Source: Candidatus Krumholzibacteriia bacterium (lineage in GTDB: Bacteria > Krumholzibacteriota > Krumholzibacteriia > LZORAL124-64-63). Taken from it: a stretch of 64,000 nucleotides of DNA. The position numbers were made by a program, and so were the translations under genes. The DNA lies in contig JAWOID010000053.1 in NCBI GenBank assembly GCA_046484865.1, positions 12,422-76,421 on the forward strand, written 5' to 3'. The notes under the pieces were generated by a model, which did no database searches, was not told the DNA's origin, and was given only the letters and a program-made list of their open reading frames with translations. Within the stretch, counting starts at the first letter, position 1. Every line of letters begins with the position of its first letter. Shown here in pieces: positions 8,816 to 18,246 of this stretch.

Positions 8816-9751
8816 TCAGCCGCCCTGGAGCGTCACGTGACGCACCGAGCGGTTCCAGACCCAGCGGCCGGCCAGGAAGAGGCCCAGCCCCCAGGCGGCC
8901 TGCAGCAGCAGCGCCTCGACCAGATCGGGCCCCGTGCGCTTGCCGAGATAGATGGTCACCGGCACGTAGCCGATGTACTGGAACGGAAGCCTGGCCAGGA
9001 CCGACTGCACCCACTCGGGAAAGAAGGTGAACGGGATCATCACCCCGGTCAGGAAATCCATGCTGATCATCTTGGCCCGGATCACCCCGTTGATGTTCTT
9101 CAGGTAGAACGCGAGGCAGCCCACCAGGAAGTTGATCTGGCTGTTGATGACGAAGGCGAGCGCGAAGCTCAGCACGGTCCAGCCGAGCAGCGCCGGCTGC
9201 GCGGGTCCCTGGATGTCGAAGAGCGGCACGATCACCGCCACGATGGGGACGGTGAACATCATCAGCCGGAAGCCCGCCTCCCCCACCGCCTCGAACATCA
9301 TCACCGTCTGCAAGTGGAACGGTTTGATGAGATGCACCGCGATCTCGCCCTGCTGCACCTGGTAGCTGAGGGTGCGGTCGATGTTGTTGAAGTAGAAGCT
9401 GCGGCCGATCCAGGCCAGCCCGACGTAGGTGATCATCTCGCCCAGGGTCAGGCCGCCGATCTCCGCCACCCGCCCCGCGGTCTCCGCCAGATCGCTGCGG
9501 CTGGTGTAGAGCGCGGTGTAGAGGTAGTAGTTCCCCGCCACGAAGATGGTGTAGCTCAGCACGCCGGTGTAGTAACGCAGCCGGTAGGCCAGGTACTTCA
9601 GGAAGGCCAGGCGTATGAAGTTGAAGTAGAGCGCCCGGCTCGAGGCCCGGCTGCGGCGCCAGGGCACGAGCGTGGGGCGAGCGGCACCCGCCACCGCCGC
9701 CGCCGCCAGCACGGCTTCCCCTTGGACCCGGGAGCTCACCGGTTCACGCAC
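8816..9751 (-). CDS. ABC-2 family transporter permease
   Basis: LAYRLRY, GEIAVHLIKP, IPFTFFP, LPFQYIGYVP, C-terminal LQGG. Start is approximate (GTG overlapping the ATPase stop). Confidence 0.86.
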   Translation of the reverse strand: MREPVSSRVQGEAVLAAAAVAGAARPTLVPWRRSRASSRALYFNFIRLAFLKYLAYRLRYYTGVLSYTIFVAGNYYLYTALYTSRSDLAETAGRVAEIGGLTLGEMITYVGLAWIGRSFYFNNIDRTLSYQVQQGEIAVHLIKPFHLQTVMMFEAVGEAGFRLMMFTVPIVAVIVPLFDIQGPAQPALLGWTVLSFALAFVINSQINFLVGCLAFYLKNINGVIRAKMISMDFLTGVMIPFTFFPEWVQSVLARLPFQYIGYVPVTIYLGKRTGPDLVEALLLQAAWGLGLFLAGRWVWNRSVRHVTLQGG

Positions 9752-10991
9752 CACGCGCCTCCCGGTCCGGCGCCGCACCGCCGGCCTGCCGGCCCGGCAG
9801 CGCACCGCCCGCCTGCCGGTCCGGCAGCGCACCGCCCGCTGGGTCGGCGCCGTCGAGGCCGACCGCACCGCTGCCGTCGTCCAGGCGGTCGCCGCCGTCC
9901 ACGTCGTGCCGGACGGACTCCGCCTCCGTGGCCTCCGGCCCGTCGTCCGCCGGCCGGGCGTCCGGCCCCTCGCGCCCCGGCAGCACGCGGCCCTCGCGGT
10001 AGATCCTTCGGACCACCTCCTCGACGTCCGGCTCGGTGATGCGCAGGTCCTGCACCGGATGGGCGGTGAGCACGAGCCGGATGATCTCGGCGCTGGTCAC
10101 TTCCAGCCGGCTGAAGTCGGCCGTGTGATGACGGCCCTGCGCCTCCGTCCAGCGCACCGGCAGCGGTCCGGTGACCCGGGCGAGCTCGGTGGCCGTGGTC
10201 GGCTCGCGCAGTTCCAGCTGCAGCTGCATGCGATGCCCGAGCTGCTGCTTCAGCACCTCCAGGGTGCCGTCGTAGAGCACCAGGCCGCGGTCGATGATGA
10301 TGATGCGGCGGCAGAGCTGCTGGATGTCGCCCAGGTCGTGCGTGGTGAGGATCACCGTGGTGCCCAGCAGGTCGCGCGCCTCGCGCAGGAAGGAGCGCAC
10401 CTTCTCCTTCGCCACCACGTCCAGCCCGATGGTGGGCTCGTCGAGAAACAGGATGGTGGGACGGTGCAGCAGCGCGGCCGCCAGATCGCAGCGCATGCGC
10501 TGGCCGAGCGAGAGCTTGCGCACCGGCTGGTCCAGCAGCTCGCCCACGCCCAGCAGATCGTCGAACAGTCGCATCTGCTCCGCGTAGGCGGCGTCGCTCA
10601 CCTCGTAGATCTTCTTCAGCAGCCGGAACGACTCCACCACCGCCAGGTCCCACCAGAGCTGCGTCCGCTGCCCGAACACCACCCCGATGTGCCGCGTGTA
10701 CTGCTGGCGCTGCCGGTACGGCACCAGCCCGCCCACGCGCACCTCTCCGGCCGTCGGCGTCAGGATGCCCGTGAGCATCTTGATCGTGGTGGACTTGCCG
10801 GCGCCGTTCGCGCCGATGTAACCCACCATCTCCCCCGCCTCGATGCTGAAGGAGATGCGGTCCACCGCGCGCAGCACCCGCTTGCGCGGACGGACCAGGT
10901 CGACGAGCCCCCCCATGACCCCCTCGCGGCGGCGGGTGAGCAGGTAGTCCTTGGTGAGATCGCGGACGTCGATGAGCGTTCGTGCGGTCAT
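9744..10991 (-). CDS. ABC-2 transporter ATP-binding protein with low-complexity C-terminal tail
   Basis: Walker A GANGAGKST, signature LSLGQRMR, Walker B LFLDEPT, H-loop TTHD. Confidence 0.93.
   Translation of the reverse strand: MTARTLIDVRDLTKDYLLTRRREGVMGGLVDLVRPRKRVLRAVDRISFSIEAGEMVGYIGANGAGKSTTIKMLTGILTPTAGEVRVGGLVPYRQRQQYTRHIGVVFGQRTQLWWDLAVVESFRLLKKIYEVSDAAYAEQMRLFDDLLGVGELLDQPVRKLSLGQRMRCDLAAALLHRPTILFLDEPTIGLDVVAKEKVRSFLREARDLLGTTVILTTHDLGDIQQLCRRIIIIDRGLVLYDGTLEVLKQQLGHRMQLQLELREPTTATELARVTGPLPVRWTEAQGRHHTADFSRLEVTSAEIIRLVLTAHPVQDLRITEPDVEEVVRRIYREGRVLPGREGPDARPADDGPEATEAESVRHDVDGGDRLDDGSGAVGLDGADPAGGALPDRQAGGALPGRQAGGAAPDREARGA
9757..9837. repeat. 27-bp tandem repeat x3 (coding)
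   Basis: gcctcccggtccggcgccgcaccgccg / gcctgccggcccggcagcgcaccgccc / gcctgccggtccggcagcgcaccgccc; encodes GGALPDRQA-GGALPGRQA-GGAAPDREA. Confidence 0.9.
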
Positions 10992-10993
10992 GA

Positions 10994-11341
10994 TCAGAAA
11001 GGTAGATCCTCGTCCTGATCCACGCCCGCGGGGGTCTCGCCGGGCGCCGCTCCGCCTGCTGCGCCCGCGTCGATCGCCGGGTCGGGGGTCGCGGCGGCGT
11101 CGCCGGCCGACGTCTCCGGCGCCTGGTCCTCGAGCTGCGCCACGAGCTCGCGCACCTCCGTGTCGGTGCGCTCGAGCTTGCGGCGACAGACCTGGATCAG
11201 CTCCACCGCGCGCTTCACCTCGCCGGCGAGGTCGTCGATGTCGACGTCGTCTTCCTCGAGGCGGCCGAGGATCGCTTCCACCTCGGCCACCGCCTCACCG
11301 AAAGAGAGTTCCCTGGGGCCCTTCGGCTTCTTCTCCGCCAT
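10994..11341 (-). CDS. xseB: Exodeoxyribonuclease VII small subunit
   Basis: LSFGEAVAEVEAILGRLE...IDDL...VKRAVELIQVCRRKL pattern; directly follows xseA. Confidence 0.9.
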   Translation of the reverse strand: MAEKKPKGPRELSFGEAVAEVEAILGRLEEDDVDIDDLAGEVKRAVELIQVCRRKLERTDTEVRELVAQLEDQAPETSAGDAAATPDPAIDAGAAGGAAPGETPAGVDQDEDLPF

Positions 11342-13016
11342 GCTGTCCGCCGCCGCCTTTCCGGCCGGATCGACCGGCCTGCTTCCGTTCTCCGGCACGT
11401 ACGCCCCGGGCCGACCCGCGGCTGCCTTTGCCGCCACGTGGACCGGTACCGGAGTCCGCCGGGACCACGCTTTCCACCCGACCGTCCGGGAACTGCGTCT
11501 CGAGACGCATTCCCGGCGCCACGTCTTTCGCTCGCCGCAGCGGCCGTCCCCGCTCGTCCCGCGTGACGGTGTAACCCCGCTCCAGCAGCCATTGCGGATC
11601 GTTCAGGCGCAGCCGCTCCCCCAGCAGCGCCAGCCGCCGGTCGTGCCCGGCGACGACCTGCCGCAGCTGCCGTGCGAGCCGCCGCTCCAGCCCGGCGATC
11701 ATGACGCGATGCCGCGGCCAGCCGATCAGCAGCCGGCGCGGCTGCAGGACCGCCGTCGCGCGCTCCAGACGCCGGCCGGCGGCGCGCCCGGGTCGCGGCG
11801 CCTCGCGCAGGAGACGCGCCGCCAGCGCGCGGCGGCGCTCGCCGGCGGCAGCCAGCCGCGACCGTGCCGCCACCCGCAGGTTCCACTCCTGGCCCTCGAG
11901 CCCGGTGCGGGCGACACCGACCCGGCGCGCCACCCGTCCCTCCAGGCGAGCGGCCGACTGCCGCAGGCGTTCACGGGCGGCCTGGGCGGGCCGCCGCGCC
12001 ACGCGTCCGCGCCGGGTCAGATCGCCGAGGCGACGGTCGGCCTCCTGCAGCCGCAACGGGACCACGCGCAGCACCGCCTCCGCGGCCCGGGCCAGCCGTT
12101 CCGCCTGTGCCGCCACCCGCTCGACCAGCAGCTCGGCCGCCGCCGTCGGCGTCTTGCAGGAGACCTGGGCCACCACGTCGACGATGGCCCGGTCCACCTC
12201 GTGGCCGATGGCCGTGACCACGGGCCGCGCGCAGGTGGCCACCGCCACCGCCATTCCCTTCTGATCGAACCAGGAGAGGTCCGCGCGCGAGCCGCCGCCG
12301 CGGGTGATGACGATGACGTCGACCCCGCGCCCGGCGAGGACCGCCAGGGCCTGCACCACCTGCCGCTCGGTCTGCTCTCCCTGCATTCGGCAGTCGATCA
12401 GGTCGACCCGGAACGGGAACGGCGACGCCTCGAGTCCCGTGCGGAAGTCACGCTCCGCCGCGCTGCCGGCCGAGGTGATCAGGCCCACGTGCAGCGGCAG
12501 CTCGGGCCAGGGCACCTGCCCGTTGCGGTCCAGCAGCCGTTCGGCCCGCAGGTGGGCGAGCACCTCGCGCCGTAACGCCTCCAGCCTGCCGAGCGAGAAG
12601 GCGGGATCGATGCCCACCACATTCAGGCTCAGCTTGCCGAACGGCGGGTAGAAGTCGACCCGGCACTGGAGACAGACCTCCAGCTGATTGCGGAGCTGGA
12701 AGTCGGGGTCGCTGCCGTCGAGGTAGCAACCCAGGTTGTAGCGCCGCCGGTCCCAGTCCAGGATGCTCACCGGGATCTGGAAGTCCGCGGCGCCGCTGCC
12801 GCCGGTGTCGTGCAGCTCGAAGTAGACGTGCCGTCGCTGCGCGAATCCGGGCCTGAGTCCCTGGACCTCGCCGCGCACCCAGACCGGGTCGGGAAATGCT
12901 TGCCGCAGAGCGGCTTCCACGGTCCGGTTGAGCTCCGCCACCGTCAGGATGCGCCGATCCGCGGCAGTCTGCGGCTCGGCGCGTTGGTCGGCGGCGTCGT
13001 TCCAGAAGTCGCGCAT
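11295..13016 (-). CDS. xseA: Exodeoxyribonuclease VII large subunit
   Basis: LTVAELN, VWVRGEV, HVYFEL, VGLITS, ITRGGGS..DL..FD, TAIGHEVD, TPTAAAE, LERGY; GGAGG RBS before MRDFW. Confidence 0.93.
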   Translation of the reverse strand: MRDFWNDAADQRAEPQTAADRRILTVAELNRTVEAALRQAFPDPVWVRGEVQGLRPGFAQRRHVYFELHDTGGSGAADFQIPVSILDWDRRRYNLGCYLDGSDPDFQLRNQLEVCLQCRVDFYPPFGKLSLNVVGIDPAFSLGRLEALRREVLAHLRAERLLDRNGQVPWPELPLHVGLITSAGSAAERDFRTGLEASPFPFRVDLIDCRMQGEQTERQVVQALAVLAGRGVDVIVITRGGGSRADLSWFDQKGMAVAVATCARPVVTAIGHEVDRAIVDVVAQVSCKTPTAAAELLVERVAAQAERLARAAEAVLRVVPLRLQEADRRLGDLTRRGRVARRPAQAARERLRQSAARLEGRVARRVGVARTGLEGQEWNLRVAARSRLAAAGERRRALAARLLREAPRPGRAAGRRLERATAVLQPRRLLIGWPRHRVMIAGLERRLARQLRQVVAGHDRRLALLGERLRLNDPQWLLERGYTVTRDERGRPLRRAKDVAPGMRLETQFPDGRVESVVPADSGTGPRGGKGSRGSARGVRAGERKQAGRSGRKGGGGQHGGEEAEGPQGTLFR

Positions 13017-13178
13017 GGTCCTCCGGTCGGCATCAGGAGAGTCCCACGACGGTCGTCGCCCGGCAGGTCGAGCAGCGCCATGCCCGGCGGGTAGAGGGTA
13101 AACCACGACGCCGCGGCCGGCCAGGCGGCGCATCGATCGCCGTGACGTCACGACGCGGCTCGCGCTCCGTCGAGAGCC

Positions 13179-14690
13179 TCAGCCGGCGAGGATCTGCACC
13201 GCTCGTGCCAGCAGCCGCGCGCCGTAGCCGGTGGCCCCCCGCGGGCCGAGACCGTCCTTGCCGTCGCCGAGGGCGGTGCCGGCCATGTCCAGGTGAGCCC
13301 AGGGAATCTCTGGCGGCACGAAGTGGGACAGGAAGGCGGCGGCCGTGAGGGCGCCGCCTTCGCGTCCGCCCAGGTTCTTCAGGTCGGAGATGGTGCCCTC
13401 CATGGCCTTGCGGTGCTCGTCGATCACCGGCAGCGGCCACACACGCTCGAAGGTCTCGCCCCCCGCTTGCACGAGGATGTCGTTCAGCTCGCCGCTGTGA
13501 CCCATCAGACCGGCGAAATGCTCGCCCAGCGCGATCTGGCAGGCACCGGTGAGCGTGGCGATGTCGATCACGTGGTCCGGCTTGCCCGCGCAGGCCAGGT
13601 GCAGGGCGTCCGCCAGGATCAGACGTCCCTCGGCATCGGTGTTGAGCACCTCGACCGTCTTGCCTGCCGCGGTGGTGAGGACGTCGGCCGGCTTGATCGC
13701 GTCGCCGTCCGGCAGGTTCTCCACGGCCGGGATCAGGACCCGCAGATCGACCGGCACCTGCAGGCGCGCCAGGATCAGCGCCGCACCGAGCACCGCCGCG
13801 CCGCCGGCCATGTCCGCCTTCATCTCCTCCATCTTCGGACCCGGCTTCAGGGAGATGCCGCCCGAGTCGAAGGTCACGCCCTTGCCCACCAGCGCCACCT
13901 TCACCGCGCGGCGCGGAGCCTGCCGGGTCTTCAGGATGATGAGCCGGGGTTCCTGACGGCTGCCCCTGCTGACGCCCAGGATGGCGCCCATGCCGGCCCG
14001 CTCCAGCTGTCGCGGGCCGAGGATGCGCGCGCTGTAGCCGTGATGGGCCGCCAGGCGACGCGCCTCGTCCGCCAGATCCGCAGGGGTCAGATGATTGGCG
14101 GGTAGGTTCACGAGGCGGCGCGCCAGCAGGGTGCCGGCGGCGAACGCCTCGCCTTCCTGCACGCCGGTGCGGATCTCGCGGGCGGTGGCAGCGGTGGCGA
14201 CCACGGTCGTCTCGCGCGGGCCGGGACCGTCGGCGCCACCGGGCGCGCCGACGCTGGACTTGAGGATCCCGGCGGGGCTGAGCGCGAGTTCCGCTCCCTC
14301 CACCCAGCACCGGGCCTGGGAGCGCGGATCGACCGCCAGCGCGGCGGCCGGCGGCAGCAGCACGGCAACGCGGCCCGCCTCCATCTCACGAGCGCGGGCC
14401 GCGGCTGCGGCCGCAGCCCGACGCAGGCCCTGCAGGCCGATCTCCGCCGCCGGGCCGAGCCCCACCAGCAGCACGCAGTCCGCCCGCACGCCCACCGCCG
14501 TCACCGGCAGTACGGCGGCAGCCTTGCCCCGGAACCGGGTGGCCCGCGCCGCGGCGGCCAGGTGCGCGGACACGTCCTTCCCCAGACGTGTGCGCAGGGC
14601 CGCCGCGAGATCGTCCCGCGCCTCCACCGGCACCACCAGCACTTCGGCCCGCACCGCGGTCGGATCCTTCCGCGTCACTTTCCACTGCAT
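13179..14690 (-). CDS. pepA: Leucyl aminopeptidase (M17)
   Basis: GKGVTFDSGGISLKP, MKADMAG, VLNTDAEGRLILAD, ATLTGA, WAHLDMAG. Confidence 0.95.
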   Translation of the reverse strand: MQWKVTRKDPTAVRAEVLVVPVEARDDLAAALRTRLGKDVSAHLAAAARATRFRGKAAAVLPVTAVGVRADCVLLVGLGPAAEIGLQGLRRAAAAAAARAREMEAGRVAVLLPPAAALAVDPRSQARCWVEGAELALSPAGILKSSVGAPGGADGPGPRETTVVATAATAREIRTGVQEGEAFAAGTLLARRLVNLPANHLTPADLADEARRLAAHHGYSARILGPRQLERAGMGAILGVSRGSRQEPRLIILKTRQAPRRAVKVALVGKGVTFDSGGISLKPGPKMEEMKADMAGGAAVLGAALILARLQVPVDLRVLIPAVENLPDGDAIKPADVLTTAAGKTVEVLNTDAEGRLILADALHLACAGKPDHVIDIATLTGACQIALGEHFAGLMGHSGELNDILVQAGGETFERVWPLPVIDEHRKAMEGTISDLKNLGGREGGALTAAAFLSHFVPPEIPWAHLDMAGTALGDGKDGLGPRGATGYGARLLARAVQILAG

Positions 14691-14765
14691 CGTCGACCTC
14701 CCTGATGCCCTCGCGAGGCGGGCGGGCCCCACGTTGCCGGCGCCGTGTCCGCTGCAAACTCGCGA

Positions 14766-14774
14766 ATTCTAGCA
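14766..14774 (-). promoter_or_regulatory. Possible extended -10 promoter element for pepA
   Basis: Minus strand TGcTAGAAT about 75 bp upstream of the start. Confidence 0.4.
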
Positions 14775-14904
14775 CCTGTCGGCGGAAGGGAAAGTCGGAA
14801 TGTCCACCGGCGGGAGCGTGGCCGCACCGACGCCGCCGGGAGTGGCGGGCCCGGGCTGGCAGGCCCGGGGCACCCGGCGCGGAACGCGAAAGGCGGCGCC
14901 GGTC

Positions 14905-16575
14905 TCAGATCTCGGTACCCTCGGGGGGCGGGTAGGCGGGCAGGGCCTGGATACGCCGGTTGACCACCGGCGCGCCCACCGCGAAGTGGTAGAGCGTCTG
15001 GCGGTCGGCGCGGGTGCCGGTGTTCAACCCGACGGTCTCGTGCACCGCATCGTCGAAGAAGCAGCCCAGGCCGCAGCCGCCCAGCCCGAGAGCCTCCGCT
15101 CCCAGGTAGAGCATCTGGCCGATGACGCCGCACTCCCAGTGCAGCCGCGCATAGAACCAGGAGCCGTGGCGGGCCAGGGAGCCGTCGAAATCGGCCAGCA
15201 TGGCCACCGTGAAGGCGCCGTCGGACGCCAGATCCTGCACGCAGCTCAGGATCCGCGCCACCGGCTGTTGATCGCCGGGCGACAGCCGGTAGAACGGCAG
15301 GTGCGCCGGGCAGCCGGCGGGACGCTGCCAGATGTAGTCGCGGCGCAGGTCGGCACGCAGCTTCTCCTCGCCTCCCGGGCTGCGCACCAGACCGTACAGA
15401 CCCGGGCGCAGGCCGTCGACGCGATGGACGAAGACGAGCAGGTCGACCCGCGGTTCCCACGCCAGCAACGACCAGGGCACGGACGCCGACGCGGGCAGCG
15501 TCGTGGCCATCAGGTCGTAGAACGCGTTCTCGCTCAGCTTGCCGGCCGGATCGAACCCGGTGGCGCTGCGCCGCCCCCGCAGCAGGGGGCCCGCGGGCAG
15601 GGCTTCGCCCAGCGGTGGGTCGTCCGGCGACGGAGCGCGGGCCGCTTCGTCGCCGTAGATGCCCGGCGTGGCGGGCTTGTCCAGCGCAGCCGCCGCTCCG
15701 GCCAGCAGCGGCCACGGCCGGACCTCACGGCTGAGGCGCGACGGACGTCCTCGCCAGTCGAGACCCTCCCAGCCGGCGATGTCCAGGGGCTGCCAGACCG
15801 GCGCGGCCGCAGGCGCCGGCGCCACTGTCGGCCCGAGCGCCAGGAGCGCGACCGGCAACTCCGGCTCCGCCGGACCGGTATCGATGAGCCCCAGCAGCGC
15901 CGCCAGTTCGGCCGAGCTCGCCTCCTCCAGCAGGCGCGCCCCCCAACCCAGGCGCGCCGCGGCGAGCGCGAGCGCAGCCAGGGCATGCCCCGCGTCGAGG
16001 TGGCAGTAACGCAGCCCGCGCTCGCCGTACTTCCAGGCCTGCCGCCAGGGCACCGTGCTCAGGCCCGCCAGGACGCCCTCGCCGCCGAGGCTTTCGCGCA
16101 GGCCCGCGAACAGCTCGGCTCCCGGCGTGGCTCGCACCTCGAGCCCGTGCACGCGGGCGTCGTAGTGGAGCACCGCGGGTGCGTCGAGCAGGCCGGGCAG
16201 CGGTCCGCCGAGCAGGTAGGCCTCCGTGGGGTGCAGGTTGCCGCTGGATGGAGTGCAGCGGACGGACCAGAGGGTCTCGCCTGCGCGCCGCCACGAGGAG
16301 ATCGCCAGCGAATGGTAGAGCAGCTCCGAGATGCCGGCGGCATCGAGGTCGTGGACCGGCACTGCCGCGGCCGCGCACGCGGTCGCGAGGTCGGGCTCGC
16401 GGTCGGCCGGCCAGGGTCGCGGCACCGACAGCGACAGCAACTCTGCGCCGGCGTGGTGGCGGAAGAGCGCCGGCCGGTTGTCCCAGTCCAGGTAACCCGG
16501 TCCGGGCGCATGCCGGCGAAACCGGTGCTTGGTCGCCTCGTGATAATCGCGGATGGTCTGCTGGCGGTGCCGCAA
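14905..16575 (-). CDS. SagB/ThcOx-family nitroreductase (two-domain, stand-alone)
   Basis: YHEATKH, LDWDNRP, R..PSSGNLHPTEAY, WKYGERGLRYCHLDAGH; second domain RRSA...GLRPGLY...G.IGQMLYL..EA...CGLGCFFDD. TTG start after GAGG. Confidence 0.85.
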   Translation of the reverse strand: MRHRQQTIRDYHEATKHRFRRHAPGPGYLDWDNRPALFRHHAGAELLSLSVPRPWPADREPDLATACAAAAVPVHDLDAAGISELLYHSLAISSWRRAGETLWSVRCTPSSGNLHPTEAYLLGGPLPGLLDAPAVLHYDARVHGLEVRATPGAELFAGLRESLGGEGVLAGLSTVPWRQAWKYGERGLRYCHLDAGHALAALALAAARLGWGARLLEEASSAELAALLGLIDTGPAEPELPVALLALGPTVAPAPAAAPVWQPLDIAGWEGLDWRGRPSRLSREVRPWPLLAGAAAALDKPATPGIYGDEAARAPSPDDPPLGEALPAGPLLRGRRSATGFDPAGKLSENAFYDLMATTLPASASVPWSLLAWEPRVDLLVFVHRVDGLRPGLYGLVRSPGGEEKLRADLRRDYIWQRPAGCPAHLPFYRLSPGDQQPVARILSCVQDLASDGAFTVAMLADFDGSLARHGSWFYARLHWECGVIGQMLYLGAEALGLGGCGLGCFFDDAVHETVGLNTGTRADRQTLYHFAVGAPVVNRRIQALPAYPPPEGTEI

Positions 16576-16639
16576 CCTCGTCCTCCCACGCTCGGGCAGT
16601 CCGGTCTCAGGATGCTTTTCGGCCGCGACAACCCCGTGC

Positions 16640-16668
16640 TTGAGACGAGGAGCGGATGTCCCTAGACT
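16640..16668 (+). promoter_or_regulatory. Likely sigma70-type promoter for the DAACS symporter
   Basis: TTGAGA-N17-TAGACT, about 90 bp upstream of the start. Confidence 0.5.
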
Positions 16669-16757
16669 GGCGCCGGCGCCGGGCCGTCGGCCGGATGCGC
16701 CCGCGCCGGGACCATCGGCGGTCCGACTGCTTCCCCGCGCCTGACCGAGGAGCCCTC

Positions 16758-18125
16758 TTGACCACGCCGCCCCCGCCCTCCCCGCCCCCCTCCGCCGTGC
16801 CGCGCCGGCAGCGGCTGCTGCGTCCCTGGCGGTGGAGCCTGCACTGGCAGATCCTGCTGGGTCTGCTGCTGGGCGTGGCGGCCGGAATCGTCTGGGAGCC
16901 GCAGGCCGTCATCCTGGGTGCCGTGCGCCCGCACGCGGTGTTCGAGTTCCTCGGCCAGACCTTCCTGCGCGCCCTGCGCATGGTGATCGTGCCGCTGATC
17001 GTCGGGTCGATCATCTCCGGCGTGGCCGGAGTGGGGACCAGCCGCGGGATCGGCCGCATGTTCGGCAAGACGTTCGGCTGGTACGTGACCACCAGCCTGC
17101 TGGCCATCGTGACCGGTCTGGTGCTGGTGAACATCATCCAGCCGGGCCGCGCCGGCGACCGCGCCGTGGGCGCCGAGCTGGGCTTCGAGGCCACCCGCCG
17201 GGACGTGGCCACCGAGCTGCAGGCGGGAGATGCCGGCGACCTGATCGGCGTGCTGCAGCGCATGATCCCGGTCAATCCCGTTGAGGCGGCCGCTTCGGGC
17301 GAGATGCTGCCCCTGATCTTCTTCAGTCTGCTCTACGGGCTGGGCCTGACCCTGGTGTCCGAAGCGCACCGCCGGGCACAGCTGCCCTGGTTCGAGGCGC
17401 TCTTCGCGGTGATGATGCGCATCACCGGCTGGGTGATCGCGGTGGCGCCGATCGGCATCTTCGGCCTGGTGGCAGGCATCGTGAGCACGAGCGGTTTCGC
17501 GGCCTTCGCGCCCCTGGCGCGCTACGCCGGCACCGTGCTGGGGGCGCTGACCATCCACGCGCTGGTGGTGCTGCCGCTGCTGGTGAGGCTGATCGGTGGC
17601 GTGTCGCCGCTGCGGCACGCCCGGGTGATGGCGCCGGCGCTGCTGACGGCCTTCTCCACCCGCAGCTCGTCGGCCACGTTGCCGCTGACCATCGCGCGGC
17701 TGGAGCAGGGCGCAGGCGTGAGCAACCGGGTGTCCAGCTTCGTGCTGCCGCTGGGCGCCACCATCAACATGGATGGCACGGCCCTCTACGAGTGCGTGGC
17801 CGCGCTCTTCATCGCCCAGGCCTACGGGGTGGAACTGGGCGTGGCCGCTCAGTTCACGGTGGTGATCACGGCCCTCCTGGCGAGCATCGGCGCCGCGGGG
17901 ATTCCCGCCGCCGGCCTGGTGATGATCACGATCGTGCTCGACGCCGTGGGGTTGCCGCTGGAAGGTGTGGCGTTGATCCTGGCGGTCGACCCGGTGCTGG
18001 ACATGTTCCGCACCACGGTGAACGTCTGGAGCGACAGCTGCGGCGCGGTGGTGGTGGCACGAAGCGAGGGCGAGGAGGACATCCTGCGTCCCTCGCCGCC
18101 GACCCGCTCGCCGGCGAGGTCGTGA
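16758..18125 (+). CDS. Dicarboxylate/amino acid:cation symporter (GltP/GltT/DctA family)
   Basis: [65 protein letters not shown] start after GAGGAG. Confidence 0.93.
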   Translation: MTTPPPPSPPPSAVPRRQRLLRPWRWSLHWQILLGLLLGVAAGIVWEPQAVILGAVRPHAVFEFLGQTFLRALRMVIVPLIVGSIISGVAGVGTSRGIGRMFGKTFGWYVTTSLLAIVTGLVLVNIIQPGRAGDRAVGAELGFEATRRDVATELQAGDAGDLIGVLQRMIPVNPVEAAASGEMLPLIFFSLLYGLGLTLVSEAHRRAQLPWFEALFAVMMRITGWVIAVAPIGIFGLVAGIVSTSGFAAFAPLARYAGTVLGALTIHALVVLPLLVRLIGGVSPLRHARVMAPALLTAFSTRSSSATLPLTIARLEQGAGVSNRVSSFVLPLGATINMDGTALYECVAALFIAQAYGVELGVAAQFTVVITALLASIGAAGIPAAGLVMITIVLDAVGLPLEGVALILAVDPVLDMFRTTVNVWSDSCGAVVVARSEGEEDILRPSPPTRSPARS

Positions 18126-18246
18126 CCGGCCGGAGGCTTTTGCGGCCAGCATGCAACGTCGACCGCTCCGGCTGCGTAATCGGAGCGAAACGGGCCCTCG
18201 GGCACCGGCGGATGGGCGGACCGGGGGCGGCAACGGAAGGATCGAC

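Noticed and set aside
9757..9837. CRISPR-like appearance of the 27-bp repeats
   Set aside because: The repeats are contiguous with no spacers, are in-frame coding, and no cas genes are present.
14905..16575. Thiazole/oxazole RiPP cluster suggested by the SagB-like gene and the nearby ABC exporter
   Set aside because: No YcaO, E1-like protein or Cys/Ser/Thr-rich precursor in the window, and the ABC genes are separated from it by pepA and xseAB.
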